Shown one piece after another: positions 24,891 to 37,402 of a stretch of 64,000 nt of DNA. The position numbers and the translations under genes are program-made. The DNA comes from Mobula hypostoma (lineage: Eukaryota), in contig NC_086106.1 of the NCBI RefSeq assembly GCF_963921235.1, positions 25,296,001 to 25,360,000 of the forward strand, written 5' to 3'. The notes under the pieces were generated by a model. It saw nothing but the letters and a program-made list of their open reading frames with translations, ran no database searches and was not told where the DNA came from. How positions within the stretch are numbered: position 1 is the stretch's first letter; each line of letters opens with the position of its first letter.

Positions 24891-25912
24891 AATTCGACGG
24901 GTAAATCTGTTGACCATTGGACCATAATATATAGGAACAGAATTAGGCCATTTGTCCGATCGAGTCTGCACCGCCATTTCAGATGAGACAGTGTGGTAAT
25001 GGGATTTTTTGAAACGGTAAACATACCATTAAAATTAGAGTTTCAGAAATTGGAAATAAAGCTTGGGAAACAGATACAATGAATTTGTCTTTCTTCGACA
25101 GTAATCATTTGTTCTCTCTATTTGTCTCTTCCACCTGAGGGAAAACACAAAAGTCTAAAGTGGAAAAGCAGATTCCACTGTGCACAAGTATACATTCTTC
25201 CTGATTATAGGAGTATTGAACTGTAGGATGAAATTGAATCTCAATCCCAATATAACTGGCACTGATCGTGTTCTTTATTTCCTGGCTGCACAGCATTTGG
25301 GCACTATGCAGTCGCCTGCATGTATTTTAACCATAAAGTTACTTTCAACACTGAACCTGTTTGAAACAGCATGGGAGCACATCGATGAACATAGTATCTG
25401 TATGCTCTATCATGCTGAGCATCCACAGGTTCTGTCGGATGATCTAAATCATGAGCAGCTGTTGTATCTTCCCTAATTCCAGTGGGGTGTAAATTTCTGG
25501 GTTACAGTAGCATGCCACTTGCAATTCTTTGTCATTCTAGAAAGCACCAATTTTGTCACCCTGTGCTTTCCTTTGGTCAGCCATTGACCACTTTAAATAT
25601 ATACCGGTTCCACTCCGTCCGTATTATTTGTCCTTGCAGACGAACGAACAAAGTGCTCAAAGACAAGGCTGTCCATCGGTATATACCCTTAGAGCAAATG
25701 AAGACGAGCGAATGCACTTTGTGTTATTCAGGAAATGAATTACAAATTTCCAGTTCGGTTGTGCCTTGTAATCGGAAACTGTTCATTCCGCTTCGGCAAA
25801 TTGTGCTGCTGTTTACTGTCGCTTAAGCAGGGCACGTCACTATGATTTCTGGGTGCAGCCCTTCCAGATTCGCCGAGAAAAGGCGCCACCAGTTTCTGCA
25901 TCATACTGTACT

Positions 25913-26382
25913 AGTTTTTGTCCGGTCCCTCCGTCTCCATACAACAGTGTGCTACTCACTGCACAGAGATACCTGTCAGAGTCCGACACTTGTGCTGCAC
26001 AGTTATTCAACTGAGCCGTCCTGCTGACTCTCTGCAAACTCGTGGTAAACCTGAATGGGCAATCTGGATGTCGATGCATTCCTCCATTGCTAGACATCTT
26101 CAGCAAATAATGTGGACGTTCTCCGCTATGTTGAATGTACCGAACTATATATAGATCATAGTCACTGTAATTACAGTTCAGTGTTACGTTCTGTTCTTCC
26201 TTGGCTTTAAGTCTGGAGGATCCTGCGTCACTGAATCTTTTCCACTCGCTCCTGCAATAAAGGACAGAATACGTCAACAACATCGGCTTGTATTGAACGC
26301 CAGGGAAATTCGCTGGCACCGTTTGCAGACACTCACCGGGCAGCACAGCCAATATGATCATTATTAAACAGAGGGACGTCAT
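25913..26382 (-). pseudogene. TRAV-like frameshift pseudogene (leader 26337-26382, V exon 25952-26251, intact RSS 25913-25951)
   Basis: 1-nt deletion in FR1 after DPPDL; conserved Trp>Arg; both Cys kept; CACACTG-23-ACAAAAACT. Confidence 0.9.
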
Positions 26383-27299
26383 GGTGTCTAACTTCTGATT
26401 GATTCGAACAGCAGGTTCCTTCCAGGACTTAATTATCACTCAATAGATATTGTGGTGTGAGGTCTTTTCAGCAATACCTTTCAGTTTGTTTAAGAGTGGG
26501 GGCGTTTTCCTGGTCAAAGGATTGGTTGACACAGTAAACCGCGAATTTCTGAACACCAATCGGAATCGTTTTTTTTTCCTACGTCATTCTACCTGTATCT
26601 CCGCTCTTTCAATGAGCCGCGTTCCAATTTCTCTCTCTTTCTCGCTCTCTTTCTCAGTCTGTCCTACTGCCTATGTGTCCCTGTTCTCTGCATAATCACA
26701 ACATATTCAAAAACTTACCAATGTGTAATCACGCCCAATTAAAAATTGTTCATATTGTCGCTTCTTCGACATCGACAGTATCCCGCTGGAAGTAGTTTAT
26801 TTATTTATTTGTTTGCTTATTTGGTTACTTGGTGATATATTCCACAATAGTCCCTTACGTCAACATTTGTTTCAATCTTCCAGCATTGAACTAGTTATTC
26901 AAAGTCAGCAATTGTTCATCTACTTATTCCCAAATCCTTGTTTGGTGTCGGGGAGCCAATCTGCTATCCACGCCAATATATTTCTGAAAGCACATTCTGT
27001 GCTGCCAGTGCTCTCTTCGTTATAAAAAAAATAATCACATCGGCATGCCCCTTGTAATTACTTCCAATCGCACTAAAATATCGTAATTTCGCATGATCCA
27101 TTTCCACCCTTCGGTCAAAGTGTTGATTGTCCACTCTATCCATGCTTCTTGGCAGTTATTAAGTTGTTAAGTTACCCCTCATCTTCTTTCGTTCCAAAAA
27201 GAAAGATCCTAGCTCACAGAAACTAAAATGACCTGTGGAATATATAGGCACTTGCGGATGTGTAACCGAATTTGATCATTACAATCCATCTTCCTCTAA

Positions 27300-27537
27300 T
27301 CGTCGTTGCAGAGAGCTAGATCTTTCCCACACGCTTCTACAGATGAAGGACAAAATGACTGAACAGGAAGTGCTCCCATTGCACCTGCAAGACGCCCACT
27401 GACTATTTGCGAAAAGATTCGCCAGGCAGCAGAGACAAAATAATCAGTAAGGATCAAGGACGTACACGGTGCCTGCTTTCGTGCGCGAACTCACTGCAGA
27501 TAACAAGAAGTTTCTACCACAGATTTGCGAGAATGAA
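27300..27537 (+). pseudogene. Opposite-orientation V-like relic, copy 2 (truncated by CR1)
   Basis: TGCAG acceptor, DEGQN, PTDYLRKDSPGS, FVRELTADNKKFLPQI (FR3-like). Confidence 0.45.
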
Positions 27538-28295
27538 GTTTTCCTATTTTTGCCACCAAAGTGGATAACTTCACATTTATCCACATTAAATTGCATCTGC
27601 CATGATTTTGCCCACTCACCTAACTTATCCAATTCATCCTGCATAATCTTAGCAGCCTCCTCACAGCTAACACTGCCGCCCAGCTTCGTGTCATCCGCAA
27701 ACTTGGAGATGCTGCATTTAATTCCCACATCCAAGTCATTAATATATATTGTAAACAACTGGGGTCCCAGCACTGAGCCTTGCGGTACCCCACTAGTCAC
27801 TGTCTGCCATTCTGAAAAGGTCCCGTTTATTCCCACTTTTTGCTTCCTGTCTGCTAACCAATTCTCTATCCACATCAATACCTTACCCCCAATACCGTGT
27901 GCTTTAAATTTGCACACTAATCTCCTGTGTGGGACCTTGTCAAAAGCCTTTTGAAAATCCAAATATACCACATACACTGGTTCTCCCCTATCCACTCTAC
28001 TAGTCACATCCTCAAAAAATTCTATGAGATTCATCAGACATGATTTTCCTTTCACAAATCTATGCTGACTTTGTCCGATGATTTCACCGCTTTCCAAATG
28101 TGCTGTTATCACATCTTTGATAACTGACTCCAGCAGTTTCCCCACCACCGATGTTAGGCTAACCGGTCTATAATTCCCCGGTTTCTCTCTCCCTCCTTTT
28201 TTAAAAAGTGGGGTTACATTAGCCACCTTCCAATCCTCAGGAACTAGTCCAGAATCTAACGAGTTTTGAAAAAATATCACTAATGCATCCATTAT
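27538..28295 (-). mobile_element. Internal CR1 RT fragment lacking both ends
   Basis: ORF 27444-28292, closely similar to 15520-16280; no 3' tail. Confidence 0.92.
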
Positions 28296-28498
28296 TTCAC
28301 TATATCCTTACAGCAAAAGAAGATGGGCGAATGCACATTGCGTGAATGAACTGCAAATTTCCAGTTCGCTTGCGCTTTGCAATCGGAAACTGTTCCTTCA
28401 GCTTCGGCGCCTTGTGCTGCTGCTTACAGCGCGCTTAAGCAGGGCACGTGACCAGCGATGGTTTCCGGGTGCGCCCTTTCCAGATTCGCCGCGATAAG

Positions 28499-28512
28499 GC
28501 GCCCTCCTGTGA
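28499..28512 (-). promoter_or_regulatory. CTCF-like motif 24 bp 3' of the RSS nonamer
   Basis: TCACAGGAGGGCGC on the minus strand. Confidence 0.65.
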
Positions 28513-28536
28513 GAGCCTTTTGCATCGTGCTGGACT

Positions 28537-28575
28537 AGTTTTTGTCCGGACCAGCCGTCTGCATACAACAGTGTG
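28537..28575 (-). promoter_or_regulatory. 23-bp-spacer recombination signal sequence
   Basis: CACACTG-23-ACAAAAACT. Confidence 0.92.
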
Positions 28576-28995
28576 GTACTCACTGCACAGAGATACCTGC
28601 CAGAGTCCGACACCAGAGCTTCATGGATGATCAATTGAGCCGTCTTGCTGTCTTTCTGCATACTAGCGGTAAACCGATTCATTCGATTCAGTACTTTAGT
28701 GCTAGATACCTCCAGCAAATAATGTGGAGGTTCTCCACCATGTTGAATGTACCAAAAGATATATGGATCATACTGAGTGTAATTACAGTTCATTGTTATG
28801 TTCTCTCCTTCCTTGGCCGTTATGTGGGGAGGATCCTGCGTCACTGAATCTTTCCCACTCGCTCCTGCAATAAAGTACAGAATACATTAACAACGTCGGC
28901 TTCAGTTGAACGGCGGGTAAATTTGCAGGCTACCTTCGCAGACACTAACCAGGCAGCAGAGCTAGTGCAATCATCAATAAACAGAGGGAAATCAT
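28576..28995 (-). CDS. TRAV: Intact TCR alpha/delta V segment (leader 28950-28995; intron 28865-28949; V exon 28576-28864)
   Basis: MISLCLLMIALALLP/GASGKDSVTQDPPHITAKEGENITMNCNY...IFWYIQHGGEPPHYLL...SDSGRYLCAVST; GT-AG intron; Cys/Trp/Cys intact; RSS present. Alpha versus delta usage cannot be told from the germline. Confidence 0.9.
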
Positions 28996-29039
28996 GGTGT
29001 CTAATCTCTGGCTGAATCGAATAACAATGGCCTTCCAGG

Positions 29040-29190
29040 ACGTAACTATCGGTGTGAGGTCTTTTCAGCGATACCTTTCACCTTATGTAAGATCTGGTGC
29101 GTTTTCATGGTCAAAGGACTGGCTGACACAATGAAACCAGACCTTGTGAGTACCAATCAGAATCTGTTTTTTTTCATACGTCATCATGCC
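29040..29190 (-). promoter_or_regulatory. Conserved V promoter block (CCAAT 29153-29157, CRE-like TGACGTA 29177-29183)
   Basis: Same motifs and spacing at 26556/26580 and 42136/42161. Confidence 0.6.
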
Positions 29191-29225
29191 TATTTTTTCG
29201 CTCTTTCAATGCCCCGAGTCTCCGA

Positions 29226-29259
<34 letters not shown>

Positions 29260-29874
29260 ATCTTTCTCAATGTGACCTACTGCCTTTATCACCCTGTTCT
29301 CTGTATAATCACCGCACATTCAAATACTTTTCAATGTGTAATCATACCAAATTAAGCATTTATCACATGGACGCTTCTTCGACATCGACAGTATCCCGCT
29401 GGAAGTAGTTCATTTATTTGCTTGTTTAGTTAGTTATTTGGTGATATATCCCAGAATAGTCCGTTATGTCAACATATTTCAATCTTTCGGCATTGAACTA
29501 GATTTCAAGTCAGCAAGTGTTCACCTAGTCTTTGCTGTTGCGGAGCCAATCTGCTATCCACGGCAATAGACTCCTGCCAGCAATCTCCTGGTTAAAAGAA
29601 AACGCCCACATCGGCACGCTCCTTGTAGTTGCTTCCAATCGCATTACAATATCGTATTCTCGCATTAGGCATTTCCACCCTTAGGTCAAAGCGCTAATTC
29701 TCCTCTCTATCTATGTCTCTTGACATATTATGCACAGTTATTATGTTACCCCACATTTTCCTTCTTTACAGAAAGAAAAGACCTTGCTGGCAGAAATTGA
29801 AATGACCGGTGAAATATATAGGCACATGCGGATTAGTAACTGAAGTTGAGCATTCCGATTCGTCTTCCTTTAAT

Positions 29875-30160
29875 TGTCGATGCAGAGAGCGAGACCTTTC
29901 CCACACAGTTCTTCAGAAGAAGGACAAAAGAAATGAACATCACGTGCCACCATTGCACCTGCGACACACCCACTGATTATTTGCGAAAAGATTCGCCAGG
30001 CAGCGTAGACGATATAATCGGGAAGGATCAAGGACGCAGATGGTGTCTTCTTTCTCGCACGGTCTTAAGCCAAATAACAAGAATCTAATACCACAGATTT
30101 GCGAGAACGATGCCAGATACGCAACAAGCTTCACTTCGTGGAAAACCTGCGTAATTTGCT
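29875..30160 (+). pseudogene. Opposite-orientation V-like relic, copy 3
   Basis: TGCAG|ESETFPTQ...EEGQ; PTDYLRKDSPGS; homologous to copies 1 and 2. Confidence 0.45.
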
Positions 30161-30881
30161 CTGATCACTCGGAGTTGAGCCGTTGATGTCAGAGCTGAGC
30201 CTTTATAACCACCGACGTGAATAGAACTAATACAGTACTGTTTATGTATCAGTCACTTTCGTTCATTCAGGTGCTTTGCCGTTCGGTGTGGGCGATAATT
30301 TCTCACCATTCGTCACGGTCCCTGACCCTCCGAATTTTAGTTGTTGCCTCCACTGTTTCTAACCATGATGTTATTCCAACTATCATTTCCATTATCTGTC
30401 TGTCTCTCCTTTTTGTTTTTTCTTCCAGCTTTCCAGTTGTAACTAAATGTTCTAATGTCTCTGTTCGTAAAATAACATTTATTTATCTGCACTTTTAGGA
30501 AGCTAAAGTCAATAGACCCCAACTGAAATGTATCTTCATCAGAAGCATTTAGCGTGACAGCATGTCCAATACTGTCTAGTCATATACAATCTCAGTATCT
30601 CTAGGTTTCACTCTTCTTCACTGTTAATCCCACACGGTAGTGAAAAAATGAAGTCTCGCAAAAAAGTTAACCACAACATATTCTTATCGGTATCAGCGGG
30701 ACATGGACACCAACATATAGTAGAAATGCTTCGGAAAGCCGCCTCAATATCACTAGGTAAAACTAAATTCAAGATGCGTTCCACAAGTTCGGTCGCATTT
30801 TGTTGCTCAATGCAGCATTTCAAATTGACCACGTGATCCTCATGCTTTCTGCGTACAGCTGTTCCAGTTCCCCAGCAAATG

Positions 30882-30895
30882 GCGCCCTCTAGTGA
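30882..30895 (-). promoter_or_regulatory. CTCF-like motif 12 bp 3' of the RSS nonamer
   Basis: TCACTAGAGGGCGC(CA), 13/14 match to CCACTAGAGGGCGC. Confidence 0.75.
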
Positions 30896-30907
30896 TCACG
30901 TAATGCT

Positions 30908-31490
30908 GGTTTTTGTCCAGACCCGCTGCTTCCCTGCAACACTGAGCGGTCCTTTATACAGAGGTACTGTGTACACCAGACTCAGGGACATTAATTCCAG
31001 AGATATTTGAATGAGCTGACACTGCGTCTGTGTGTAACAGCTGTAAACCTCGCCGGACGTTCTGAGAAAGCTCCAGTTTTCCTCAGCCATAGAGCTTCAG
31101 CAGCTGTTTAGGAGATTCTCCGCTATGCTGAGTGTATCAAACATGTTTGTCTTAGTTCGTGTGTAACTGCATTTTACTGTTATCATCTGACTTTAGTCAA
31201 CCGAGAATTTAGGAGCAAACAGAGGAAATCTGCAGATGTTGTAATGTCAATCAACGCAGCAGGCGAGGCAGCATCTATAGGAAGACGTACAGTCGACGAC
31301 GTGTCTTGGCCTGCTGAGTTCACCAGCAATTGTAATGTTAATTTAGGAGCATCCTGATCATTGATTTGTACTTACGCGTTCCTGCAATAAAGGACCGAAG
31401 GAAATGACTTCCCTAACTTGCACTGAATTACGCTCTCGCTGGTTATGTGTGCAGCATCTTTGCTGTCAGGATGGCGAATGAAACCTATAA
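30908..31490 (-). pseudogene. V pseudogene family B, copy 2 (V exon 30947-31381, with a 122-bp insertion)
   Basis: RSS CTCAGTG-23-ACAAAAACC; homologous to 20623-21060. Confidence 0.85.
31218..31339. mobile_element. Short Penelope-like-derived insertion with 12-bp TSD
   Basis: AATTTAGGAGCA duplicated at 31206-31217 and 31340-31351; absent from the paralogous B copies. Confidence 0.75.
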
Positions 31491-32259
31491 GAAACTGAGG
31501 GACACATAGTCACTCGCTTCAGCCCCGATAGGATTGCAAAGCACTTGCAAGAATTTATCAACCTGACAGATAATGGAGAGTAAAAGGTATCAGAAGTAGA
31601 CTGAATAAGTGCAATGCTCAAGGATTGCCAGATGAAACCAGAACAAAGGCCATATGAGCACTAATCAGAATCTCGTTACGTTGAAACCTAATTTTTGCCT
31701 TTCCCCCACTATAAATCTCTCTCTTCCTCGCTCTCTCTCTCTATCTCCCTCTATCTCTCCTCCACCTCTGTTTATTTCACTTCCTTCCCCACTCTCCCAC
31801 TCTACCTCTCTCCATCTATCTATTTATCTATCTTTCTCTCTTATCTCCGTCTCTCTTTCTCACTCTCTTGCTCTATCCCTACCTACTCCCCTCGTTCTCA
31901 CTCCGGACATTGATTTATATTTTTTTCTGTCTATCTACATGTTTGAAAGCTCTAACAGCTCACTCACGCTTTCTTTGCCATTCTGCCCCTGCTCTGTCCT
32001 TTTCACACTATGTCACTCCATGCTAAGCAGTGTATCCGCGACGATTCTTACGAGAATTCCTCAAAATTATGACTTTCCGCTGTTGCTGTTTTCTAACTTA
32101 TAAATAGCCTTTTATGTTATTGACTCAAAACCTTTCAATGTTCCAGGACCCGGTTGGATACTATTTTTTTGTCAATAGGACATCAAATATTTATTCCCAT
32201 GGACGAGCTATGATTAGATGTTTAGCGGGCATGGAAGGCATCGATTAGAGCAAGCAAAC

Positions 32260-32570
32260 GTTGCGAACACTGAGGTGTCCAGGACCTGTATCGCCGTGAA
32301 ACGTTGAGTGCTGAACTGCGCAAAGCTATTCAGTGGAGTCCGGCACGATGCCCCCGAAGTTATTTAAGCGGGACATCTTTGCCCAGAGACCTGAAGTATT
32401 ACTAGACTGTCTTCGCGTAGAACAATAATTTCATCGGTTTTCCAGAATATTGACCGGACGACAAATAGGTTCTGCCAGATTCGAAGCAATGTTGCACAGT
32501 GAGACGGTTTGCCCTTCCGGGGACATTAAGTCTCTCCTTCTGAGGTTCACAAAATCTGCCTCACTCGTCC
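32260..32570 (-). pseudogene. V pseudogene family C, copy 2
   Basis: GTSEADFV...PEGQTVSL; QYSGKPMKLLFY; stops and frameshifts. Confidence 0.65.
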
Positions 32571-32798
32571 CTGTATCAAACCCCGAAAGTGTGAGGGGTG
32601 TCGGGCACGTTCTGACGGATTCGCCAGCCTCACCAAGCAGAACACAAAGAACCTCGTAGATGGTAATTCGAATAAAATAAACAGAGGAAAATTTGAAGAC
32701 GTTACTCCGATGAAACAAAAATGATTCAAGTAAGTACAACAAAAAAAGTACAACACTTTCCGGGAGACTCGGCGCTTTCGTTTACTCTCTTCCTTTTC

Positions 32799-32942
32799 NN
32801 NNNNNNNNNNNNNNNNNNNNNNNNNNNNNNNNNNNNNNNNNNNNNNNNNNNNNNNNNNNNNNNNNNNNNNNNNNNNNNNNNNNNNNNNNNNNNNNNNNNN
32901 NNNNNNNNNNNNNNNNNNNNNNNNNNNNNNNNNNNNNNNNNN
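32799..32942. other. Assembly gap or masked run (144 N)
   Basis: N run. Confidence 1.
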
Positions 32943-33499
32943 AGAGTTTAAAGCCGATTTCCAGTCGGAGATATTGGAATTAAAACAATATCTTGCTGTT
33001 TCGAGGACTGTAACATCGAAACAGCAAGCGCTGTCGCCCCTCTCGCTTTCGAACAAGCCATGTCAGACTCTCCCTTGTTAGTGTGAGAGAGAGAATATGT
33101 GTGGGGCGACGAAATGTTGTGGTAAACAACTATTTTTTTTTCCTGTACTGTAGGCCAAGCCTCTCCTTGTACAACTGCGGTGGCTGGACGGTAGTTGGTG
33201 GTTAAAATGCGAATGCCTTATGCTACAATGAGTAAGAGAAATAGAACTGGGTTAGGTTAATGCTGCTTGTCGCTTATTTTGCGAGAGACGTGGCAGTGGG
33301 CGTTCAGGTTCTTACCTGTTTTCTGACATTGATTCTTTGGGTTTTTGTTCTCTATTAAGGATATCTGTGGAGACTATATATATCAGGTTGTGTATTGTGT
33401 CCATTCTCTGATTTTAAAAGTAACTGTTGAAGCATGCTGGGCATTCTTTTCGCTGTACACTGGTATGTCCAACAGCAAAAAATTATTTAATAAAATTAA

Positions 33500-33830
33500 A
33501 CCAGTCTGGGGTAACCGTAAGCGTCTGCAAAGTGAAGGATTACATCAGGCTGTCTTTCATTAGTTGATAACATATCCGTTCAGCGGGGAAGTGTAGGTGG
33601 TGGTGGACGGCACAGAACCTATCGTGGCACCTTGGAGATATCTGGTGTTATTTCACCAGGGATCCGGTTGGATTCTGACTATTTCGATGCTGTCAGCAAA
33701 TACTTCTGTGCTCAGTTTCCACATTTTGAGCGTTACCAAGTATTACACTGCCCGCAAAAGATGTTCTGGGTAGCATGTGCCCGTGATCGGAGGATTAGTG
33801 AGTGTGTACGTTAAGAGGGATGTGCGATAA
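33500..33830 (-). pseudogene. V relic family D, copy 2
   Basis: NRIPGEITPDISK; KDSLM*SFTLQT; homologous to 24575-24890. Confidence 0.45.
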
Positions 33831-34529
33831 TTGGGCCGATAAATCAGTTGAACATAAAACCTTAAGAATTGAGTAACTGAATTCGGCGACTTGACCTATC
33901 GAATCTGCTCCACCATTTCAGATGAGGCAGTGTGGTAATGGAATTCTTCGACACAGTAAACATGTAACTAATATCAGAGGTTCAAAAAGTCGACATATAC
34001 CTTTGGAAACAGAAGATATCACTTGTGCTCCTTCGGTAGTAATCTGACGTTCCGTCTCTTTGTCTCTTCTAGCATGAGCTGATTCAAAGTTCTAAAAGCA
34101 ACAATAGATTATTTCCTTTGCAAGAGCATTGAACGGTAGGATGAAATTGAATCGCAATCCCTCCCATCTCGGTATGACCTTGCTCTTTAATTCCTGTCTG
34201 CTCTGCATTTTTATACGGGGGTGTAGTGAATTCATCTATAAAAACCGAATCAAGGCAATCATGTTACAATAATAAATAAATTCGTATCCAATTTACATAT
34301 GTAGCGAACTTCACGTGGTGATAACATTAGACCGGTTACAAGTAATCACCCTGGTGTGATCCCATTCCCTCTCTCCCCCTAGCTCTCTTTTACACTGAAA
34401 ATGCTTTCAAATATATGAATCTCGGGATAGTATGCGATCACGTATATGTAGTTTAATCATGAATTCACTTCAAATATTGAAACTCTTTCTCACAGCAACG
34501 ACCATAATAGTATCTGCATTCTCTATCAC

Positions 34530-35110
34530 ACTAAGCATCCACTGGTTGTGTCGACCCTGAGGGCTGACCGTGGAGAGGTGTGTAAAATCCTAAGGATGAT
34601 TTCATTTTGTTGAGAACTGACGAACTGCAATGCACAGATTGAAGGTCCGAGGAGAGACAGGATTTTATTTTCAGGAAACCTTGAGGGCTCTGTCCTATAA
34701 TGTCATGTACCTCAAGATATTCCGTAATCTCATCCCTAACAATCGATTCCAACAACTTCGCAACAACTGATGTAAGGCTAACATGTTTATATATCGCTTT
34801 ATGCTGCCACCCACCTTTCGTAAATCGCGGAGTAACATTTGAAATTTTCCAGACATCTGGTACAATGCCAGATTCTATGAATTCTTGAAAGATCATTGTG
34901 AATGCCTCCACAATCTCTGCAGCAACTTCCCTCAGAACCCGAGAGTGCATTCCAGTAGGTCCAGGAGATTTATCCAGCATCAGACCATTAAGCTTCCTGA
35001 GTACCTTCTCAATCGTAATTTCCACTGCACGTACTCTACTTTCCTGACACTGCTGGGTGCCCGGGATACTGCAGATGTCTTCCACTGTGCTGACTGATGA
35101 AAAATATGCC
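34530..35110 (-). mobile_element. CR1 ORF2 internal fragment
   Basis: DKSPGPTGMHSRVLREV...HVSLTSVVAKLLESI. Confidence 0.88.
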
Positions 35111-35114
35111 TTCA

Positions 35115-35340
35115 GTTCCTCTGCAAGGTAATCCCTCTGATTGATAGCTGATCACGATTAGAAGAGAGATCTGGATGAAAACGCCGGAAAATTCGTGATT
35201 GGGAAATATACTGGGCAGTGTGAATAACCGCAAACATAAAATAAAAATGAGTATTGTTGAAAAAATTTGTGCAACCCTTCGGCAGTAAACCGGGCGTATT
35301 CGCCGCTACCTCTCCCAGCAATCAGAAGATACAAAAGCCT
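35115..35340 (-). pseudogene. Possible V relic truncated by CR1
   Basis: TTTCAG acceptor; GCTNFFNNTHFYF...RRFHPDLSSNRDQLSIRGITLQ (FR3-like). Weak. Confidence 0.3.
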
Positions 35341-36744
35341 GAAAAAAGGTAGAACAGCATAAATAATATCTTCTAGCCTGGTGGTATGACACTATTGAAT
35401 GGCGCAATAGAATGAAATATTGCCCCATACCACTGTTTTCCTTGTTATGACTTTACGCCTTATAATAGTCTCCCTGCTCTACATTACTTTCGGAGGATGT
35501 TGCACTTTAATTTACTTCCTGGTGTTGTTTACCTTTTTTAACCACGTTGCACTATGCAATAAATCGATGGGTATGAACAAGACATTTCAAGACATTATTG
35601 CCTTGTATCTCGGTAGACGTGCCAATAATAAAACAATTCCGTTTCCATCTGGCGTCAACCTCGAACCCGTTCTACCTAGCTGTCAGGTTAAGCTACACTG
35701 AATTTGAAACTCTTTTTAAATCTCTTTCTGTCAATCCTTCTTGTCTTTCCCTTTCCGTCCCTCTCTCTCTTTATCGCCCCCCTCGCTTTTTCATCTTTCC
35801 CACTCACTGCCTCATTTTTTTCCTCATTCCGTTCCTACTCTCACTGTGAATTCTGCAATGAAGGGTATCAAAGTTGTCAAAAACAAGTGCACTAAAATTG
35901 CCAACTGCGATATGACGTTTTGGGCAAAAGGATAATGACAAGAACATCAAATTGCGCTGGGCGTTCTTTATGAAAATATCATTTGTATCTGTCAGTCCGC
36001 ATTTGTTTCGAGAAAGGTTCCTCAATCTTGAACACATGTTGCTCTTGAATGTGGCTCCATAAAATCTGCAAAGACCTCTTTCCTTTTCACTGCTTCTTTC
36101 CTAACCTGCTTTGTCTTCCCTCTTTCCCGCTTTATCCATCCCTGTGTCTTGCTTCTCTTTCGCCACTCTCCTCCCAGCTAGTCTTTCTCTCGTTATCAAT
36201 CCAAGCTCCCTCCTTCACCCACCCTAGCCTTTCCCACTCCCTCGCTCTTTTTCCTACCTCTCACTCGATCTCCTACGACATTTCTTTACTCTTTCCTCTA
36301 CTTCTCTCATTGGCATCTCTCTCTTTGGCATCATTCTTCTCGCTCTCGCTCTGTGTCGCGCTCCTTCATTTATTCACTTTCTCTCGCACTTCACCATATT
36401 TCGTTCTCCATATTTCTTTGGCTATCTCGCTTTTCCGTTTCTCAATAATTTCTCTCGTTTTCATTCTGTCCGCTTTTCAACACACTGTTACAATGCATCC
36501 TCATCTTACTCCGGCTTACTCTATTGCACATCTGAACCCATACATAACGGTCATGCCACTGAGAGTAGTGAGAAAGAGGGCCCTGTTTGCTCGGAGAGGA
36601 GGTGATAGTTCCTTGCAGAGCGTATCCCTCGTCGCTGCAGCCTTGAGCAGCCCCTCCGGAGGGAGAATGCGATGACGTGTTCGCCCCATGGACGAGCAGG
36701 AATTGAATGTTGAGGGAACACCGAAGGTACCCGTTAGAGCAAGC

Positions 36745-37028
36745 AAACACTGAGAACACTCTGGCGTCCGAATCCTGTATGGCCGTGGAACGTTAAGTAC
36801 GGAATTGTGCAATGCTATTCGGTGAAGTCATTTAAGCGGAACACCTGCCATTTTAATACAGAGACCGGAAGTCCTCACCAATCTGTCTTCGTCGGTTTTC
36901 CAGAATATTGAACGCACAACAAATAGGCTCCGCCAGATTGCAAGTTACTGCAGCACAGTGACACGGTCTGCCCTTCCAAGGTCATTAAATCCCTCCTATT
37001 GGGGTCACAAAATCTGCATCGCTCGTCC
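36745..37028 (-). pseudogene. V pseudogene family C, copy 3
   Basis: TAACAG acceptor; LMTLEGQTVSLCCSN...AYLLCVQYSGKP; LNV...QDSDA. Confidence 0.65.
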
Positions 37029-37352
37029 CTGTTACAAACCTCAAATGTTTGAGCGGCGCCGGAACACACTGACCCTGCAGAACACGATCCGACTGATTAG
37101 ACAGATTCAACAGGTAGAATAATCGATAAAAGAAGAGAACCTCCATGTGGTAGTTGTATAGTACATTAAGTCAATTGAACAGATGTTGATTTCAAGATGT
37201 TACTCCGAAGAAGACAGAGTGATTCAGGTAAGGACTAGCAGAAACTTTCTGTGAGACACAGTGCTTTCGTGTCAAAATATATGCGCCTTTTACTTCTAAA
37301 ATCGGGGATTATAGATCATAATCTAAACCAATTTCCCCCGGGATCAATAAAA

Positions 37353-37402
37353 TATGACTATGTCTATGACAATGACTATGACTATGACTATGACTATGAC
37401 TA
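37353..37402. repeat. (ATGACT)n hexanucleotide microsatellite
   Basis: About 8 imperfect copies. Confidence 0.9.

Noticed and set aside
37353-37402. Regularly spaced repeat considered as a CRISPR-like array
   Set aside because: Simple hexamer microsatellite with no spacers; eukaryotic context.
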